From positions 1-34,244 of the IMG/VR virus record IMGVR_UViG_3300048597_000593: 34,244 nucleotides of DNA; one strand, given 5' to 3'. A program made the position numbers and the translations under genes. Of this stretch, positions 23,601 through 30,223 are shown in pieces (position 1 is the first letter of the stretch; every line of letters starts with the position of its first letter). The notes beneath the pieces are model-generated. The model did no database searches. It worked only from the letters and a program-made list of their open reading frames with translations, and was not told the DNA's origin. The DNA is from a virus (lineage: Duplodnaviria > Caudoviricetes).

Positions 23601-25938
23601 TTACCGTCTTTTTGAATTCCTGACGGAAATTCTCCTTAAATCTTTCAGCGGCGAGATATAAGCGCCCTTGTATCTTGGCGATTAGTCGGTCAATTTTGCC
23701 ATTGAGTGCATCAACATCAATCCAGACATTTGGCTCTATCTCTATTTCGGTTTTAACTTTTCTGGCTCTTTTTTCCCTATTGAATGACTCCGCAATAAAT
23801 ACATCTATCTTGTTTTTGTCACCTTCATTAGTCCCTCTTGCCAACTCGCCAGGTTGTGATCTTCCAGGTAAGGCGGGGACACTATCCCCAGGGTTAGCGG
23901 GCATAGTATCCAGGCCCAAGCGTCCCAAATACCAAGGGTGATTACCGCCGAAACCACGTCTAGATCTTCTATTTCCTCCAATGACATCCGAAATATTCGG
24001 CTCAATCGAAACTTGATTAGGTTGATCAGCATTTCTGTCTCCTTGTTTTTTGACTATCTTGCCACCATCCGTCAAATTTTCTTTCCGTTGCTTGGTAGGG
24101 GTGCCCCCCTGGGAATGTACGGGGTTAGGACGATCGCCTGGCTGATTGCGATTTTTGGAGGACTTTTTGGAATTGCCCTTGTTTTTAGAGTCGGAGGCTT
24201 CCTCTAATTCAATACCAGGCAAGCCGACAGGCTGAGCTACAGATGGGCTAATATCTTCTACCGTAATCACCCAAAAATCCTGCCCCAGACGCTTAACCTT
24301 GCGCTTGTTGAGAATCTTGAAATCAGAATTGGGGGCAAACAAAACCTCTTCGTTGTCAAATGCCTCAAATCCGCTGACATCCTTGCCGGTGCCTTTGCTG
24401 ATAACCTCGACTAGGACATTGCCGGGGTAACGCTTTAAGTCATTCTTGGTGGTGGAGGTGAAGCCCTCTTCGTGCCAAATCTGACCAGGATTAAGGTTTT
24501 CTCGGATAACGCTTTCCGGCAACTGTAATCCCCGGTAGCTTTTGCCCTTATACCCAGGCATAGCATTCATGCCGGCGATCGCCGCATTGGCATTGATAAC
24601 TGCATCTTGCTGTAATTGCTCCAGTGACCTATCTATGCCAAGTCGCTTTTTGAACTTTTTAGGGAGCCACTGCCCGGCCTTGCCCCGTAGGGTATCGTTG
24701 ATTTCCTGGTAGCCTAAATCCTCCGTGTAATAACGGATCGCCGACATTTCCTCCAGGTTTTTATTATTTTTGCCTCTGCCATATTGGGAGACGTTTCGCT
24801 TATATTTTTGCAGTAGGTCGGGGCGCTCTGACTCCATAAAGCGAACATAATCCAACTTTTGTTGAGGGCTAAAAACTCCCTGCTTTTGTCTAGTTGCGGC
24901 TAACTGTTCTTTCTCTTCATCGGTTAACTTTTCTTCAATGGCGATCTGCTCTTGCAGGTAGGCAATGCGCTTTTGATAAAGTGCCTCTAATTTTTTCGGG
25001 TCACTAGTCCCGGTGTAGCGGTTTAAAAACTTGCTGATTTTGCCAGAAAGGACGGGGATTTTTTCCCTCAGCCCACTTTTGCCGGTTTCCCTGGCGTAAA
25101 TATGCACAGCCGCTCTTTTGGTATCAGCGGGATTTTCCACTGCATCTCTCACCGTGCCCGCCGTACTAAAGCCTGCGTCGGTGACGGCTTGACTACTGCC
25201 AGCAATGGTAATCTTGATATTTTTCTTGAGGGAACGGTCAAAGCCCTCCACCAGGCGATCGCCAATGCCATAAAAAATCCCCTGGATGAGCATTTGGCTC
25301 CAGGATTGATTGATATTGACATTTAATGGCTTGGACCTAAGTTGCTGGACAATCAAGGTGGCCGTGGTTCTCGGCAATGTGTTAGACAGTTGCCTAATTT
25401 CGAGGCGAATTGCAGAGCCAATACTTCTGCCTACAGCTTTGCCGGTTTCATTGGCGACGACTAGCGCTTGCTCTTTGTCTGCATCACTGCTCGGCTCAGT
25501 TTTTCCCCTTCTAATTCCGGTGGCAAACTGCCCCTTCATATCCGCTACTAATCCCCGGATTTCCTGGGCTGTAACTTGGCGAATATCGCTTAAAGCAATC
25601 TTCCACTCTGCCAATAATTGACTGGAAAAATCATCTGGCACTACCCTCGCAGGGGCGATCGCCTTGGCTTTAGTCGCAGAAACAAAGCGCCCCTTTTCAT
25701 CCCTGGGGCGTTCCTTGTTGGGCTTAACATTTTTAACTGCTTTGACAGCCCGCTCTTCCCGGTTGGTCGCTTCAATGCCCTTGCGGATGGCCCGCAACTC
25801 ATCGGTCTGGCGACGTTGTTCCGATAACCGGGTGCGACCATAGGCGGCCCGCCGGCCAGCATCCCCAATCAGGGTATCCCGCAGTCGTTCGATGGAACCA
25901 ACAACCGCCGCAAATCCCTGATTATTAGTGCTAGCCAT
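14698..25938 (-). CDS. Giant tape measure protein with two ADP-ribosyltransferase-like domains, M23 peptidase and lytic transglycosylase
   Basis: Follows tail chaperones; KISAEEVRGQLGE tape-measure motif; FSEGGYTGPGGKY.PAGIVHAGEYVL C-terminus; YRG/FTSTT/EEVL; HGT/YGKGFY; HQGVDF/HYE; ES.FN...GLTQLM...YNAG. Confidence 0.92.
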   Translation of the reverse strand: MASTNNQGFAAVVGSIERLRDTLIGDAGRRAAYGRTRLSEQRRQTDELRAIRKGIEATNREERAVKAVKNVKPNKERPRDEKGRFVSATKAKAIAPARVVPDDFSSQLLAEWKIALSDIRQVTAQEIRGLVADMKGQFATGIRRGKTEPSSDADKEQALVVANETGKAVGRSIGSAIRLEIRQLSNTLPRTTATLIVQQLRSKPLNVNINQSWSQMLIQGIFYGIGDRLVEGFDRSLKKNIKITIAGSSQAVTDAGFSTAGTVRDAVENPADTKRAAVHIYARETGKSGLREKIPVLSGKISKFLNRYTGTSDPKKLEALYQKRIAYLQEQIAIEEKLTDEEKEQLAATRQKQGVFSPQQKLDYVRFMESERPDLLQKYKRNVSQYGRGKNNKNLEEMSAIRYYTEDLGYQEINDTLRGKAGQWLPKKFKKRLGIDRSLEQLQQDAVINANAAIAGMNAMPGYKGKSYRGLQLPESVIRENLNPGQIWHEEGFTSTTKNDLKRYPGNVLVEVISKGTGKDVSGFEAFDNEEVLFAPNSDFKILNKRKVKRLGQDFWVITVEDISPSVAQPVGLPGIELEEASDSKNKGNSKKSSKNRNQPGDRPNPVHSQGGTPTKQRKENLTDGGKIVKKQGDRNADQPNQVSIEPNISDVIGGNRRSRRGFGGNHPWYLGRLGLDTMPANPGDSVPALPGRSQPGELARGTNEGDKNKIDVFIAESFNREKRARKVKTEIEIEPNVWIDVDALNGKIDRLIAKIQGRLYLAAERFKENFRQEFKKTVMTTAFTVPGMVIGRGATGHPMGGFGGGLVGRLIGETGYDDVTNFRGLQKQGLNPATGEFWKQFKENRKFLPDKLRNAAVGYTSGTIVGKGIGDAANAMGLNGWIRNLIPSWLEDSFGGAINRTIKTITSPDVDLAVPGLSPGLNKAISAPLHAIGNSALGRGLVGNFAKSFLNGQTRVALQPARQALSSAGTAIAGDGIVGEYLGNRFSSLGVGAIQGAAKNSGHQLAGWIAPGVPEHIRNYIADQVIENNVLDGFVTSEVAPYLSGKVGSEIITRGVKGPLVGKVAAPVNRAIDRVTPFPLAPFTTLTDQELLNQRQKLISQDQSTGIKPEKKPFDALAGIVAAVDNVRLAGKDFSNQVAGTPLPLADSWRQSMTDFLAEMRSATESAIHSQIEQLRATQSNIPEGLRSEIDALRGGLDDRVAQFRQAIADGNREIALAVGEAILIQEEQLKAYYRAMAKQAGTRAGKNTWQGQVGSATHQQTEVMKGSLAKGRASQGVTQVIDEAGRMAEAGDNAAISFMDAVRSHVVDIKSAAADIGDATKDGIDESLDMHSPSEEMRKRGEMAGKGFEIGVVESLRDAAEAVKAEVENIKEEVAEILRMDFFHGTSKAAARSIRNQGIDVDRATDALYGKGFYMANDITEAQSYANDHRRPAVLKAKLKVKNPLIIDELEYRKLITEAENAGELVDPFETTTPLKDPQAFEQYDRDRTKLLQKRGYDSLFIKDRGFAIAFEPDQVEFENLDDVGRNAVENLIDSIKSFWGKLRGTGGEIGDALAEGTEDSLDISSPSKRMAKIGQQSIDGLVNGVEAGRQAVIYAFNGVLDFLEQIPFIGNLVKWGRQAINALGGVFQGKKSSQAPESPTAEPDRRRGRRARVKSRGQTAKTVEPNANYDIWDEPAAPKPEGFGGADKSAWGPAIDTKQQADKYLAYLHQWLEGIRENFKTGLDAELAELRESGADIAQAVRGKIDNLNQGLDQKKSQFRQAIAEGNKVLAKALGLELLEQTEQVKVLYQQMSQEVTTAKGKKLWSGKSGESTKLRNEVIKGQPNMKGRAATGLWQEIGNSVDEGFTAGIEADLKSAEQSGIDIGEAAIKGAKDALGIKSPSEEFFDIGQMVIQGFADALDTLGEGTANNVRRFIREVDSGAGEAVESITSGMSELYQQIKESFPIIGKLGDVVLGLFAGTLIGKALESMVMGFAQLASASFEAVIGFESLNRSFVALTGSSAKAKTELQFVSDTAKKLGIDLQTAEQAYQGLLATTRGTALQGAETKKIFDIFAQTASVRGLNAEEQGRMFTAIQQMLGKQKISAEEVRGQLGEIAGLDFQGTLARSMGIGVAQLDDAMASGSIMAADVLPKVAAQYAAENAVVSNSAETTTQAIARYQNAILEMQRNMGDWFVGVKEAIAVATAAVELFTKALPTLIRIVTMAGLVMAWDGLSFAKSLIAVVKSSQFAMGIIRALQSVIMKFFTAIRPHIMMFVVHVALMELALSALGAAFNVTQNRFKEYANSIDAATKAAIAHEAAVAKLNKTTSQSNPLPTDGRGVVTDQTWKPFGFDTGLNLEGTRKALGLTTLGEKQMNDFIIQSSGQMLAADQTVMAGNEEKKRVEQVLAIEEQLNVVRSRRFENIAGDRQAYEKSVEEEKKLLAQREDLVAATSAYGERLTKDITATEQALSDLDALVARGGITRAAEQTQRAALEDRLGALKEAQQGFDKLVNSVQMSTNALSRELEKISESMSAFSETLERISSRRRIDYLTTALQDGTGSAVRGVGLANLSQQEAQQREAFLQQMLGQQETLLQDDQFAKEYQELERQLLERGLEMNLASLERVIGENRDPQTTAVAELAKRIIETRQELQQTQEAIAQNAIDLEESVFGLTRQVNDFFQNLTQQIVDAQFEIAKATNQLKSNQLKLQLQRALVPGSNSFLNGVVQSIQGLFDEAAGVLDSILGSQQRRFQLAGANYSLENQMVDFQRSVAGATEAVNAFRASLGGGTATTSTATGGTAASGGARQQQAATAGGRVTESYRTNTIPGQQWGADRRRGKGAHQGVDFDISGNQQAQSFIGGTITRVGNNPGGYGHFVDIYNAQLKVVERIAEMATLTAKLGDVIAPGGSVGYGESGTGVLHYEIHTQNINAQGQASFNNRSATVDPIKFYEKLGLIKFDGRNVKVVGGMPGTPSATQSSATPAKKPNIPYWDIIQEAAKQYGLDPLLLAANIRKESTFNPRAVSPAGARGLTQLMPGTAREMGVKDVFDPRQNIFGGARYLQQQIKAFGSPELGLAAYNAGPGNVQRYGGIPPFRETQNHVKTVMAYYAEYQRNFGSSAATTTAQAKPANDPNIDRARAMTSQMQDLNLDLANLSDADAALKLEQFLLSNQQRFEEISRQFGGFTRDTVNATQDARNEFADLIARYGGQTLTSQAEADLRELETTFRNKRMGLEQQARDINDFLKGTEKFQQEMEAIAAGFGSLPPEQQQLLQPILDRYNATRETIGASVTAAKSALTEIQGQLGQLDQVRRQAEQFIQIQAQQRSIQQELQAVGLESEIAQASGNNEAKLQSDLRRIELNRASMANEATLSMGDRPEDLKKYLANLQKSADISAQRAVYERESADAAIALEIITKAITRAEFEGNEARKLQLEMAKAAIEFKQEEARINLEIFETDKKRTLLEENRQGYLNRIEQIERDFGQRQIERADLAFEREQRFNTNAISLERNPYTAATMQQGMEEERLRAEFAKKEFEILNDPRYGTAAEKQAAINREAEILAQNLALVDRQFLDLTESIGMGVAGAFNSFFDALLRGENALQAFGNALMESLMEIGKNLINTGIQSLVGGLFGFSEGGYTGPGGKYKPAGIVHAGEYVLNKEATRELGLPLLNALNQGIKPGYALGGLVAPMNLESNLLSGLNSRPNYNLNPSALATAEGQKANGDRRPSITIEQNFHAPVDRFNASANTLAREQAEAMRRAIR

Positions 25939-26122
25939 GGCCGCCCAATCCCTTCAACGCTTTTTTGATAGATTTGTCATTTCCCTGGGAGGCGATCGCC
26001 GTCAGCATGAGTTGATTGCGACGGTCTTCGGCCTCTAGTTCGGTGGAACATTCCAGGAACAGTTTGATTTGGGCAAAGGTGTAATTTTGAATTTCTTCCC
26101 ACCGATGCCCTGCTTTAATCAA
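25931..26122 (-). CDS. Tail assembly chaperone, downstream (-1 frame) part
   Basis: LIKAGHRWEEIQNYTFAQIKLFL; lies between chaperone and TMP; its frame stays open back into upstream gene. Confidence 0.75.
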   Translation of the reverse strand: MIKAGHRWEEIQNYTFAQIKLFLECSTELEAEDRRNQLMLTAIASQGNDKSIKKALKGLGGHG

Positions 26123-26133
26123 TCGGGAAATGG

Positions 26134-26544
26134 TTAGTCCCCAGTCTTCGCCGGGGCCGCCTCTTCCCCGCTGGCTTCTGCCTTTTTGGGATTTAGTCGT
26201 TTGCTGATTGCCGTGAAAAAATCCATATTCATTTGCAGGATTTCCGTCAGTAGGCAGATCACTTCGTCATAGCCAAAGTCGTCCAGTTCAGAAACACCGG
26301 ATACCAGGGTGATCAGTTTGGCAATATCGTCCATAACCGCATAACCTTCCTCCTGCTTTTGCAAAAGGGCACTAATCATCTGGTCGGTGGTCAATTCCGG
26401 GTTAGAGATAATTTGCAAATACTTATCCACCAACTCCAAAGCTTCATTCAGTTGCTTAAATTTGAACGGCTTGAGGGTGATGGTGCCCGCACTGGTGGCA
26501 AAGCTTTCAGCGGGAATTAAAACTGCTAGTTGTTTACTGGCCAT
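26134..26544 (-). CDS. Tail assembly chaperone
   Basis: Between tail tube and TMP; ITLKPFKFKQL...NMDFF. Confidence 0.8.
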   Translation of the reverse strand: MASKQLAVLIPAESFATSAGTITLKPFKFKQLNEALELVDKYLQIISNPELTTDQMISALLQKQEEGYAVMDDIAKLITLVSGVSELDDFGYDEVICLLTEILQMNMDFFTAISKRLNPKKAEASGEEAAPAKTGD

Positions 26545-26557
26545 AAAAATTGTGGTT

Positions 26558-26597
26558 GGAAAAAATAGTTAGCCCGAAACCAAACGGCGATCGGGCT
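26558..26597 (-). terminator. Possible intrinsic terminator after tail tube gene
   Basis: AGCCCGA/TCGGGCT stem followed on - strand by AACTATTTTTT. Confidence 0.5.
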
Positions 26598-26614
26598 GAA
26601 AAACGGGGGCAATA

Positions 26615-27382
26615 TTAGTCAGCCAGGATGTAGTTGCCATAGCCTGCCAGGTTACCGGCGGTGGCTTGGAGGGGTTCAAATAACGCCTCAAAGGGGCAGG
26701 TCATCTGGATAATTTCATCGCCTAGCAGGTTGCCCAAGGAAGCTGCATCAAAGCTTACTTTGTAGAAATCCAGGGATACCCGTTTTTTGTTGATGGTGTT
26801 GTAACCCTGGAAAAACAGGTAATATTCCTTGAAGTTTTCGCCAAAGAAGCTGGCGGCGGTGCTATCCCCGGAGGTGTAGTTGACCAGAATGTCTTCCCCG
26901 GCCAAGGTGGAACCTGCGGGAACATAAATTAGGCGGCCATCCACCACGTAATCTTCCCCAGCTACATAGGTGGTGCCGGTGGGGTCAGAAGTAACGGAAG
27001 TGACGGCATTAACAATGGGGGAATTAAGCGGGAAGCTGTGCCCTACGGCGGGGGCGGTGTGGGCTTCGGCGGAAACGCTGGCCCCGGTTTCACTGTCTAA
27101 GGTGCCCCGGATAAAGGTTTTGAAGTTTTGGGAACCGGTGTTATCCAGAATCAAGTTGCCGTTGATGGTGGTCATCCGGGGGATTTTGACGTCCTTTTTG
27201 CCGTCCCCGGATTGGTGCTCCATGTGCTCCACAAATTCCTGGGAGGTTTCAAAGGTCAATTCAGAAGCATCGCCAAGAAAAATTAGTCCCGTGGCCGCCA
27301 GGGTGCCGGTGGTCAAATCCCGTTCGCCAATGTGTACCGTTCCGCCTAGTCTCTGATAATATTCGGGCAATCCAAAAGCCAT
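26615..27382 (-). CDS. Major tail tube protein
   Basis: Between tail terminator and chaperones; own late-promoter motif; central TYVAGEDYVVD insert. Confidence 0.88.
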   Translation of the reverse strand: MAFGLPEYYQRLGGTVHIGERDLTTGTLAATGLIFLGDASELTFETSQEFVEHMEHQSGDGKKDVKIPRMTTINGNLILDNTGSQNFKTFIRGTLDSETGASVSAEAHTAPAVGHSFPLNSPIVNAVTSVTSDPTGTTYVAGEDYVVDGRLIYVPAGSTLAGEDILVNYTSGDSTAASFFGENFKEYYLFFQGYNTINKKRVSLDFYKVSFDAASLGNLLGDEIIQMTCPFEALFEPLQATAGNLAGYGNYILAD

Positions 27383-27415
27383 TTTCTTTTCCTCGCAAGG
27401 GTGAATTTGGCTTTG

Positions 27416-27432
27416 ATTGTGGATTTATACGG
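27416..27432 (-). promoter_or_regulatory. Putative late promoter CCGTATAAATCCACAAT
   Basis: Exact motif copy upstream of tail tube gene. Confidence 0.8.
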
Positions 27433-27444
27433 TGGAAGTTTTTT

Positions 27445-27460
27445 CGTATAAGTCAAAAAT
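27445..27460 (+). promoter_or_regulatory. Divergent late promoter variant CGTATAAGTCAAAAAT
   Basis: 13/16 match to motif, about 41 nt upstream of ATG 27487. Confidence 0.55.
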
Positions 27461-27486
27461 AGGATGGCAAGTAAAGTTCCATCCCC

Positions 27487-28002
27487 ATGCGCTATCTACT
27501 CCAGTCCCAGGCACCTTCCCCCGGCGATCACCAAACCTATTCCACCGACGACATCCACATCCCCTTGGCCTGGGTAACGGGAACCCTTTTAACGACGGCG
27601 GCCATATTTTTCTCGATTGTTTGGTGGGTGCGGGGGCTAAAGTCCAATGTGGACGAATCTAATCGGCGTTTGGATTTGTTGGAGCAGAAAATAATGGAGT
27701 TTCAGTTATCTGAATCTAAGTCGAGGCTGGAACTTAAGGACGATTTGCGGATTTCCCTCCGTCGGGATATTGCGGAATCCGCCAGCGATATTTGCCATGG
27801 CTTTGAGTTGTTTGCGGTGGAAAATCGCCAACAGATTAAGCAGTTGACGGAAAAGCTCGAATCTAGGGATAAGCAACTGGAAAGACTAGATGCGAGAGTA
27901 GAGTATTTGGCGGATGAATTCTCTGGTTTGATAATACAACTGCGTTCCCAGGGATTGGGTATCCATTCCCGTCAGGGCAAGGACGATCAGCGCCCCGGTT
28001 GA
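27487..28002 (+). CDS. Single-TM coiled-coil protein
   Basis: TM IPLAWVTGTLLTTAAIFFSIVWWV then long heptad-like charged helices. Confidence 0.75.
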   Translation: MRYLLQSQAPSPGDHQTYSTDDIHIPLAWVTGTLLTTAAIFFSIVWWVRGLKSNVDESNRRLDLLEQKIMEFQLSESKSRLELKDDLRISLRRDIAESASDICHGFELFAVENRQQIKQLTEKLESRDKQLERLDARVEYLADEFSGLIIQLRSQGLGIHSRQGKDDQRPG

Positions 28003-28439
28003 CGATATTCGATTTCCACTGTCAATTCGACTAGGATGCCCTGCTTTCCCTTGGCGGCAATTAGTTTACTGTCCCGCATGGCCCGCACGGCAATCACATT
28101 ACTGTCCCATGGCTCCACCACTACCGCCTGATACAAGTCCTCCAGCATATTGCAGGAATCAGCCAATTTATTTTCCTTGGTTGTCCAACTGAATGCCGAT
28201 AGCTCTACATTTAACTTTTGCTCGTAGTTCTGATTTTTTCGTTCATATTCCGTGTCCGTGTCCCGAAAGGCGATCGCCGGGGGTCCATTGTAATCGTCGG
28301 GGTAAACGTCCCAATATTCCACGTTTTGGCCAAGGTTGGTGTGGTAGCCGTTGGCGGCGGTGATAGTACCCAGTTGGGTTTGCAGGGATTGGAGAATGGC
28401 AAGGCGCATATAGAAAAGCCCCTGAGGAGATAGGGGCAT
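27987..28439 (-). CDS. Tail terminator / completion protein
   Basis: LGTITAANGYHTNLG motif, C-terminal VEIEY; upstream of tail tube. Confidence 0.75.
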   Translation of the reverse strand: MPLSPQGLFYMRLAILQSLQTQLGTITAANGYHTNLGQNVEYWDVYPDDYNGPPAIAFRDTDTEYERKNQNYEQKLNVELSAFSWTTKENKLADSCNMLEDLYQAVVVEPWDSNVIAVRAMRDSKLIAAKGKQGILVELTVEIEYRQPGR

Positions 28440-28471
28440 GGCACTAAGTAGGAGGTCTCGGCTGTGGGTTT

Positions 28472-28488
28472 ATTGTGGATTTATACGG
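28472..28488 (-). promoter_or_regulatory. Putative late promoter CCGTATAAATCCACAAT
   Basis: Exact motif copy upstream of 28439 start. Confidence 0.8.
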
Positions 28489-28583
28489 GGTCAGACGGCG
28501 CTCAAGAACCCCAAAGGATTTTGCATTAGGCAGAGAGTATAAATATGATTAAAAATGTAATATGTAATCCACCGAAACAAGTC

Positions 28584-29099
28584 ATGAACGAGGAATGGAG
28601 AGATATTCCCGGATACGAAAGCCTTTATCAAGCGTCTAATCTCGGAAGAATCAAAAGAGTAAGCGGAATTGTCCGGGGCGGATTTGGTGATTACGCAAAA
28701 GAGGAGCGAATATTAAAACAGCAAGTCTTTGCCACCAAAAAAGAACCTCATGTCACGCTATGCAAAGAGGGAAACCCAAGGATGTATAGGGTTTCTAATT
28801 TAATTTGCTTGGCTTTTATTGGAGAGAAGCCAGATGGTCAGCTTGTTATTCATGTTAATGGCGACTCCAGGGATAACCGTGCCTGCAATTTGCAGTATGG
28901 AACGCGAAAGAATATAGCCAAAATCAGTCCTCAATGCACAAAAAAGGGAAACTTGATAACTTATGATGGGGTAACGAAAAATCAGGTCAATTGGAGCAAA
29001 GCAATAGGTGGATCTCAATATTTAGTTGCATCAAGACTAAAGGCGGGTTGGCCAATAGAAAAAGCAATAACCACTCCACCTATGAGGAAACGTCAATGA
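28584..29099 (+). CDS. NUMOD4-HNH homing endonuclease
   Basis: EEWRDIPGYESLYQASNLGRIK (NUMOD4); VIHVNGDSRDNRACNL (HNH-like). Confidence 0.88.
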   Translation: MNEEWRDIPGYESLYQASNLGRIKRVSGIVRGGFGDYAKEERILKQQVFATKKEPHVTLCKEGNPRMYRVSNLICLAFIGEKPDGQLVIHVNGDSRDNRACNLQYGTRKNIAKISPQCTKKGNLITYDGVTKNQVNWSKAIGGSQYLVASRLKAGWPIEKAITTPPMRKRQ

Positions 29100-29114
29100 T
29101 TCCAGACTCGGCGG

Positions 29115-30065
29115 TTAGCCAGTGGGATAGGTGACAAATAGGGGGATTTTATCAATGGCAAGTCCTTTGAGTTTTGCCATTTCCGCCTCAAAAGATTTAA
29201 ACCTTTCAGCGGACATGACAATGCAACCGAGGGAACCGGGAACATTGGCGTCTCGATGGATACCGAAGTCTCCCCGCTCAGCCCCGGAATCGGTGCGAAT
29301 CATAAAGGGAAGAACTTTATAAAAATTGCCCTCGATGCCCTTGACGTGGGAGAGATTAATGGGGCGAGTTTCCACTTCCCAGGCCCGTAGGTTGGGGACT
29401 CGATATTCTGGGGGAATTGGCCCACCTTTTTGATGGAAATCCTCTGGCTTCTGCCGACTGGCGATGCTGGAAGTGCTAACCCAAATTTGATGGGTGCGAC
29501 CGCCTTGGGCAGAAATAGACCGCAGGACTAAACGCCCCTCCTCCAATCGTCCGTCGGTATCTAGCCCCATGGCAAAATCGAGAAAATAAAATGTACCCAC
29601 TGGTTTTTCCTCCATTGATGTTGGTGGGTTGGTTTTAGACTCTGGGGGAAGCGGTCGGAGGTTGAAAAATCGATGCCGGCCAATCACCGAAGATGGAGTC
29701 TTTCCCCTGGCCCAATTGGGGGTGGCAATCCAATCGGCATAGTAATGATCAGCCCCATTGGTGGGGTCTAGCACCAAGTCCTGCAAGACCATATCCACAC
29801 AGCGACGCACTTCGGCAATCACCAGATCGGCGGATTCAGTATTGAGATTATTCACTCTGCCCCGGTTGGGGTCATTGTCATTCCAGCAACTAAATTGCCA
29901 GGGTTGGAGGCAAACTTCCCTAATAGTGTTGGGCCATTGCGGTTTGCGAGTGCGGTTGAGAATTACCCAGGCAACTGCCATCTTCCCGATCGCCTTTTCG
30001 CCCCTAGCCTCTCCCCAAACTGTTTTGATTAGGATTTCCCGGTCTTCTGGTGTGTAGGCGATCAT
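29115..30065 (-). CDS. Lysin: SleB-type cell wall hydrolase plus L,D-transpeptidase-like domain
   Basis: WGEARGE...AVAWVILNR...QFSCWN...GADHYY...IGRHRFF; C-terminal GIHRDANVPGSLGCIV. Confidence 0.85.
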   Translation of the reverse strand: MIAYTPEDREILIKTVWGEARGEKAIGKMAVAWVILNRTRKPQWPNTIREVCLQPWQFSCWNDNDPNRGRVNNLNTESADLVIAEVRRCVDMVLQDLVLDPTNGADHYYADWIATPNWARGKTPSSVIGRHRFFNLRPLPPESKTNPPTSMEEKPVGTFYFLDFAMGLDTDGRLEEGRLVLRSISAQGGRTHQIWVSTSSIASRQKPEDFHQKGGPIPPEYRVPNLRAWEVETRPINLSHVKGIEGNFYKVLPFMIRTDSGAERGDFGIHRDANVPGSLGCIVMSAERFKSFEAEMAKLKGLAIDKIPLFVTYPTG

Positions 30066-30223
30066 GCTTCTTCCTCCAGAAAATTAAGCTTGAGAAAGAT
30101 GGAAATCCTTAACATCACAAGGAGCAAAAAGCACGAAAAGATTTCCCAATCACGGCTAACTATGGCTAAGCAAAGCAAATACCCAAGGGACATATCGCCA
30201 ACAAATAACGAGATAGGCTTCAT
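30062..30223 (-). CDS. Small hydrophobic protein (53 aa), holin candidate
   Basis: Read manually: MKPISLFVGDMSLGYLLCLAIVSRDWEIFSCFLLLVMLRISIFLKLNFLEEEA; ATGA overlaps at both ends. Confidence 0.6.
   Translation of the reverse strand: MKPISLFVGDMSLGYLLCLAIVSRDWEIFSCFLLLVMLRISIFLKLNFLEEEA

Noticed and set aside
14954-25868. Many short + strand and alternative-frame ORFs within the TMP
   Set aside because: Shadow ORFs of a long gene; no motifs or RBS support
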